A program made the translations under genes and the position numbers. Source: Dehalococcoidia bacterium UBA6803 (GTDB lineage: Bacteria; Chloroflexota; Dehalococcoidia; GIF9; AB-539-J10). Taken from it: a stretch of DNA of 64,000 nt. How positions within the stretch are numbered: the first letter of the stretch is position 1; each line of letters opens with the position of its first letter. This document shows, one piece after another, positions 60,382 through 64,000 of the stretch. The notes below the pieces were generated by a model, which was given only the letters and a program-made list of their open reading frames with translations, ran no database searches and was not told the origin of the DNA. The stretch is taken from the NCBI GenBank assembly GCA_002452795.1, contig DKFF01000008.1, positions 18,271-82,270 on the forward strand, read 5' to 3'.

Positions 60382-61911
60382 CTAACTCAGCCTGCTCGCG
60401 ATGGTATCTGCCACAATTTTGCCTGATAGGGCGGCAGCGGCTACGCTTCCCCTGGAAAAGGTCCAGTGCCCCACGGCGTAGAGATTTTCTATCGGCGTGG
60501 CGAACTCTCCCTCTTTCTTCTGGATAAAGGACAGGCGTGGGTCACGGTTCCACCCTGTTGAAGCTCCGCCGCTGTTTCCTGTGAAGAGCTCATGGGTTAG
60601 AGGAGTGGCGACATCTATCACCTGGATGCGTGCTGCCAATCCCGGTATGATATCGTCTGCGGTGGCGATCATCTGGTCGGCTACTTTTTCCTTCAGCCTG
60701 CGGTAGGACTGTGTCCTGTTATTATTTTTGCCTGCACGCCATTTTTTCTGCCAGTCATATGTGGCCGGAGATTGCAAGACGACTGAACTTTGTCCTATTG
60801 GTGCCAGGCTTCTGTCGCAAAGAGAGGGAACGGAGATAGAAAGGTTGCATTTTTCGTAAAAGTGGGAGTTGCTGGCATCGTCCAGGTTTACTGGCTTGCA
60901 GGAAGGATAGTACAGGACACGCTGTGCCTCCATGAATTCTCTCATCTCCTCGGGGGCATAATCTATCCCCAGGTAAACGGTAGCAACTGTTTCGGAAACT
61001 GGCGCCGCCTTTATTTTTTCCAGCCAGGAAGGAGAAAGGTGCTTACCCTCAATCAATCTGGTGAAAGCTTGTTTGTAATCGCCGGCGCTGATTACATAAG
61101 GGGCATAAATTTCCTCCCCTTCCCCTGTGACGATGCCCCTTGCCCTTCCTTTTTCGACGATGATTTGCTTCACTTCGGTGCGGAAGCGCATATCGCCACC
61201 GTGCTCGATGAAATTATCGGTCAGGCGGTTGGAGAGAGCCTGCATGCCTCCCATAGGGTACCAGTAGTCGTGAAACCAGGAATGCCACATATCTCCCAGG
61301 CAGAAGGCACTCATGTTGCGATCGCCGAGTTGAGAAAAGAGCGCACGCAGGGTCTCATCTGTGAAATGCTTATCTATGATCTCTGTAGCCAGCAGTTTCT
61401 CGTATTTACCTGCACGTCGCAGGTTGCCCAGGCGGGGAAGCCAGTCAAGCATTGTTCTTGCCTTTGTCCTGTCGTTTTCCAGCAGAGAAGTCTGTCTTTT
61501 GGTAGAAATGGCGACGGCAGTAATCAGGCCGTCCAGTTCGCGAAAAAAGCTTTCTATGCTTGCTGTCTCCTGCGGGAAAGCCCTTGTGAAGGCCCTGGTA
61601 GCGGCGGTAATGGAACTGAGTGGTGCCCTGAGACCGGGGGTGATCAGTCGAAAATCCGAGTGAGAGAACCTCGTCTCGTCAAAGAGGTCAAGTTTTTTCA
61701 GCAGAGGGAAAAGAACTCCGCTGGAGCTGAAGGACTGACAACCATTGTCGAAATAAAAGCCCCTGCGTTTGAACCCATGAAGATAGCCTCCTGGCTTACA
61801 GTGCCGTTCACAAATAAGCACCCTGTGGTTATTCTGGGCTAGAAAATTGCCGCTTATCAAGCCGCCGGCACCAGCGCCAATGATGATAACATCGTAATCC
61901 TGCTTTTGCAT
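60382..61911 (-). CDS. FAD-dependent oxidoreductase, phytoene-desaturase (CrtI) family
   Basis: 509 aa; N-terminal DVIIIGAGAGGL dinucleotide-binding motif. Confidence 0.7.
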   Translation of the reverse strand: MQKQDYDVIIIGAGAGGLISGNFLAQNNHRVLICERHCKPGGYLHGFKRRGFYFDNGCQSFSSSGVLFPLLKKLDLFDETRFSHSDFRLITPGLRAPLSSITAATRAFTRAFPQETASIESFFRELDGLITAVAISTKRQTSLLENDRTKARTMLDWLPRLGNLRRAGKYEKLLATEIIDKHFTDETLRALFSQLGDRNMSAFCLGDMWHSWFHDYWYPMGGMQALSNRLTDNFIEHGGDMRFRTEVKQIIVEKGRARGIVTGEGEEIYAPYVISAGDYKQAFTRLIEGKHLSPSWLEKIKAAPVSETVATVYLGIDYAPEEMREFMEAQRVLYYPSCKPVNLDDASNSHFYEKCNLSISVPSLCDRSLAPIGQSSVVLQSPATYDWQKKWRAGKNNNRTQSYRRLKEKVADQMIATADDIIPGLAARIQVIDVATPLTHELFTGNSGGASTGWNRDPRLSFIQKKEGEFATPIENLYAVGHWTFSRGSVAAAALSGKIVADTIASRLS

Positions 61912-61973
61912 CCTGTTCCCTTTCCAGGGAAGTAGTATAGACGCTGGCAGCGTTTCATGTAAACACGGTCGCC

Positions 61974-62023
61974 CTGGCCAGCATCCTTCTTGGGATTACG
62001 AGTTTATCCGGGATGCTGGCCAG
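61974..62023. promoter_or_regulatory. 13-bp perfect inverted repeat (CTGGCCAGCATCC ... GGATGCTGGCCAG) with 24-nt loop
   Basis: Between the DUF4349 gene end and the oxidoreductase gene start on the minus strand; terminator or operator candidate. Confidence 0.25.
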
Positions 62024-62041
62024 AAGGGAGTTTTATGGGAA

Positions 62042-62875
62042 TTAACTCGCCTTTCTGCGCCGTCGCTTGAGCCAGATTACGAGGGGTGGAATCCATGCCC
62101 AGCAGAAAATGCCCAGCCAGATTAACGCTGTCAGCAGTCCTCTGCCGAAAGAAACCAATCCCTGGAAAGCGGCCTTTAAGGGACCCAGAGCGCTCCAGGA
62201 AGTGACCAGCGTTCCTTGTTCTTCCAGGCTTGTCGTGATGAGGGACATATCCGTTGTTCGGTCCAGATAGTTTATACGTCCCTGGATTTGCTCAATCTGC
62301 CCGCGCACGCTGGAAAGAGCTTGTTGTACTTTCAGTATTTCTTCAACTGTCGTAGCTTTTTCTAACAGCGCTAAGTACTGGGATTCAGTGGCCTGCAGAT
62401 TATGCAGTTGAGCCTGAAGATCAATATACTCCTCGGTGACGTCCTGGCTCGCTGTACTTTCCGCTGGCACGCTGATAGCTATATCGCGCAGTTTGTCCAG
62501 GGCATTATTGAAACTCTCTGCGGGTATGCGAAAAGAGACGCTGCCGTGAGTTCTGTCGCCGTATTCATATTTGTTCGAGGAGACCACATAACCGTTCAGG
62601 CTTTCTGCTATTGCAGCGATTTCAGTCATAGCCCCCGTAATACTCTCCACCTCCAGAGTGATATTGCCGGACTTGATGGTCTTACGATCCGTGGAGAGTT
62701 CTATTCCCGCGCCGGCATCTACCTCGTAGCGCATCGCCGAGTCTTCCCCTTTGGGCGAATACAGTGCCTCCCCGCTGGAACCGAGAGGGGAATTTATCTG
62801 TGGCGCCGCGCAGGCACTTATCGGCATCAAGCCGATAATCACCAAAGGCAGCGTAATTTTGAGCCATTTCTTCAT
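62042..62875 (-). CDS. DUF4349-like lipoprotein with C-terminal TM segments
   Basis: 277 aa; signal peptide with lipobox (LMPISAC); coiled-coil middle; C-terminal hydrophobic helices. Confidence 0.55.
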   Translation of the reverse strand: MKKWLKITLPLVIIGLMPISACAAPQINSPLGSSGEALYSPKGEDSAMRYEVDAGAGIELSTDRKTIKSGNITLEVESITGAMTEIAAIAESLNGYVVSSNKYEYGDRTHGSVSFRIPAESFNNALDKLRDIAISVPAESTASQDVTEEYIDLQAQLHNLQATESQYLALLEKATTVEEILKVQQALSSVRGQIEQIQGRINYLDRTTDMSLITTSLEEQGTLVTSWSALGPLKAAFQGLVSFGRGLLTALIWLGIFCWAWIPPLVIWLKRRRRKAS

Positions 62876-63004
62876 TTTATTGCCTCCCTGGATAAAACCT
62901 TTTCTTCTTCAGCAATATAAACGAGGGGGAAACCTAAAAGTTTAGACCTCTGGCAGGGAGAATTTTCCCTGCCAGAGGTGAAACGTTCTTCTGTAGTAGC
63001 CCTG

Positions 63005-63970
63005 TCAATCTTTTTCGGCAGGCGTTGATGTATCGGCTGCGCCCCTGGGCAGGGTATCGTGTGGCTCGGGGGCAGAAGGCTTGAGCCTTTTGGAGATCAC
63101 CAGAAGCACAACGCCCACTACAAGGGTGATGCTGGCATATATCACCATGGGTTGGCTCAAATCGCTAGCGAACAATGATGCTTTCTCTGTAAACTGTGTG
63201 GGAATGTCAAGCTGGAGGCGAGAAAGCACCTGCAATAGGAAATTGGACATAACCAGTGCCCCGGTCAGGCTCACTGCCCCAGCTATGGTGCAAGCGACAC
63301 CGACATGGTGGGCCAAATCCTTGATGCGCCGCCACTGCAGGAAGGCTATCAGTGCTACCATTAACACGGCCAGGCCGATGAGTCCTTTGAAAACGGTGTC
63401 GGTGTAACCAAGGATATCTCTTGTCCGTTCCAGTTGTGTCATCACCTCTGTCCCCAGGAGCTCTTCGTCTACGGCAAATTCTTGTGGTATGTCCTCTTCC
63501 ACCATGGTCTGCATTTCAGCGATGAAGTTGTCGATGTCGCTCCGGGAAACTCCCGTATCTGTGGGAATATTTTCACGAATGATTTGCTCCAGTTTGTCTG
63601 AGACGGTGGTCTTCATTTGTGCCATAGGAATGACGATGCTTAAGTGTTCAGTTTCTCCCTGGAGATAAGCATAGCCGCCATTGACGGCGTTGGTAGTTTG
63701 CTCTTTGATCCATGGTTCAAGTTCAGTGAAGACTTCGTTCATGATTTGTTTCAGGGAGACGTTGATCGTGGCGATGGCTTTTGCCTGTTCTAACTGTGTC
63801 ATCACCTCCGTTCCCAGGAAGCTCTCGTCGATAGTTACCTGTTCTGCTATCTCGCTATCAATCTTGGCACAGACTTGTTCAATGGCGGCATCCTGCGCGG
63901 CTGCAGGCAGGATCGCTATTTCTGACGGTGGATTATCCCGCATTGCCTGTGCCAGGTTATCTTTAAGCAC
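63005..63970 (-). CDS. hypothetical membrane protein with internal tandem duplication (N-terminus may extend beyond the listed start)
   Basis: 321 aa; duplicated ...LGTEVMTQLE... segments mirrored by DNA repeats near 63421-63480 and 63781-63840; C-terminal TM helices. Confidence 0.45.
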   Translation of the reverse strand: MLKDNLAQAMRDNPPSEIAILPAAAQDAAIEQVCAKIDSEIAEQVTIDESFLGTEVMTQLEQAKAIATINVSLKQIMNEVFTELEPWIKEQTTNAVNGGYAYLQGETEHLSIVIPMAQMKTTVSDKLEQIIRENIPTDTGVSRSDIDNFIAEMQTMVEEDIPQEFAVDEELLGTEVMTQLERTRDILGYTDTVFKGLIGLAVLMVALIAFLQWRRIKDLAHHVGVACTIAGAVSLTGALVMSNFLLQVLSRLQLDIPTQFTEKASLFASDLSQPMVIYASITLVVGVVLLVISKRLKPSAPEPHDTLPRGAADTSTPAEKD

Positions 63971-64000
63971 AGGCTTTAATTCTGTAAGCGAGACGGTGAT

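Overview
This 64-kb window looks like a chromosomal core region next to the replication origin of an anaerobic bacterium, probably a Dehalococcoidia-like Chloroflexota lineage. That inference rests on three things: the dnaA-obg-nadD / gyrB arrangement, a cytoplasmic PAS histidine kinase plus LuxR-type regulator pair of the kind that flanks rdh genes in that group, and many archaeal-type enzymes. Reading left to right, the window holds:

- **Wood-Ljungdahl / acetyl-CoA decarbonylase-synthase module** on the minus strand: a methyl-THF:corrinoid methyltransferase (AcsE), the corrinoid Fe-S small subunit (CdhD), and a CdhA-family protein that runs off the window edge.
- **Small genes and mobile-element debris**: rnhA, a BrnT/BrnA toxin-antitoxin pair, and IS fragments (an IS630 transposase with an internal deletion plus a second transposase fragment).
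- **Origin-proximal genes**: gyrB, nadD, obg, dnaA (with two perfect TTATCCACA boxes and an AT-rich tract just downstream of dnaA), fmt, a YugP-type Zn peptidase, mazG, tRNA-Pro(CGG), an ApgM-family enzyme, lysC, a TPR protein coupled to gyrA, and a B12-binding radical SAM protein.
- **A ~20-kb ribosomal superoperon** (rpsL-rpsG-fusA joined directly to the S10-spc-alpha clusters, then truA-rplM-rpsI). It has no tuf and no rpmD.
- **An apparent accessory insertion**: a two-component system plus a glycyl-radical enzyme (GRE) and its activating enzyme.
- **SAM-cycle and MTA-salvage cluster**: archaemetzincin-ahcY-metK-pgm-pgi on one strand, then mtnP, maf, rlmD-like, mtnA and a CrtI-like oxidoreductase, with an MJ0400-type class I aldolase plus a Zn alcohol dehydrogenase wedged beside mtnP.

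The items most worth follow-up:
1. The CdhA-like protein has substitutions at every position that aligns to the Ni-Fe-S C-cluster ligands.
2. A candidate ~31-codon highly basic ORF sits between rplW and rplB and resembles the small ribosomal protein bS22.
3. The GRE has an atypical Cys loop (GCNTPGC) and is controlled by an adjacent two-component system.
4. A class I aldolase plus alcohol dehydrogenase pair sits beside the MTA-salvage genes and may form a DHAP-shunt-like route.

Every identification is from reading the sequence and recalling family signatures. No database searches were run.
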